Below are positions 63,568 through 64,000 of a DNA stretch of 64,000 bases, one piece after another. The stretch is from Tubiluchus corallicola (Eukaryota; Animalia; Priapulida), in assembly GCA_030141605.1 (NCBI GenBank), contig JAQGDQ010000283.1:62001-126000 (forward strand), given 5' to 3'. How positions within the stretch are numbered: the first letter of the stretch is position 1; every line of letters begins with the position of its first letter. The notes below the pieces were generated by a model. It worked only from the letters and a program-made list of their open reading frames with translations. It was not told the DNA's origin and did no database searches. The position numbers and the translations under genes are program-made.

Positions 63568-64000
63568 CTAAAATGTATAATAATAGTAAAATAAATGAAT
63601 GAGATTAGCTATTTGATTAAATTCATACGCCTACTGCAATTGAAAAATTGTGAACTTCAACAATTGCGAGTATGCAATTAGAGAACTTTGTACATGGAGT
63701 ACTATAAACGGTCAAAATCACTGATATACATTCAGTGACTTTAACTGATTCTTACATGCGAATCGTGAATTTGACTTAAAGGTCATTCATTGTGAAAGAA
63801 TCCGTAGTTACCGAATGGTCGGTTACTCCTGTCCAAAGTATGCCTAAGGCTTTCCGGAACAAAGACTTTTATAGTTAATAAATTTGAATTGTACGCTGCG
63901 CAAATGTTAAACAGGCCTTAAAACTTTTTGCATAATGATCTACATTAATTAATGTTAATGTGTTTCATATTCTGTAAACTCAATAGTCATTCCACATTTT

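Overview
AT-rich, intron-containing animal (invertebrate-type) nuclear DNA. No prokaryotic features, CRISPR array, rRNA or intact tRNA were seen. Splicing the exons by hand (GT-AG, phases checked) gives four housekeeping genes: RPS8 (+, 3 exons, 208 aa), FBXO8 (-, 6 exons, 286 aa), UBC9/UBE2I (+, 6 exons, 160 aa) and RNPS1 (-, 6 coding exons, 262 aa). Two dissimilar pentraxin-domain genes on the - strand flank them. One has a signal peptide and a long acidic/Thr-rich then Tyr-rich tail that runs off the left edge. The other is Cys-rich, has a basic RRKR pro-segment and lacks the canonical GQ(E/D)QD motif. The most interesting item, absent from the ORF track, is a two-exon gene (9326-9406 + 11906-12064) for a 79-aa secreted peptide with a CC-C-CC-C six-cysteine framework. 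A second, possibly frameshifted, small secreted orphan lies at 4572-5306. Introns and intergenic DNA hold a decayed Buster-type hAT transposon, several MITEs, LINE relics (L2/Crack-like, CR1-like, RTE), a Penelope fragment, SINE copies and many microsatellites. All assignments rest on motif recognition by eye; no searches were run.
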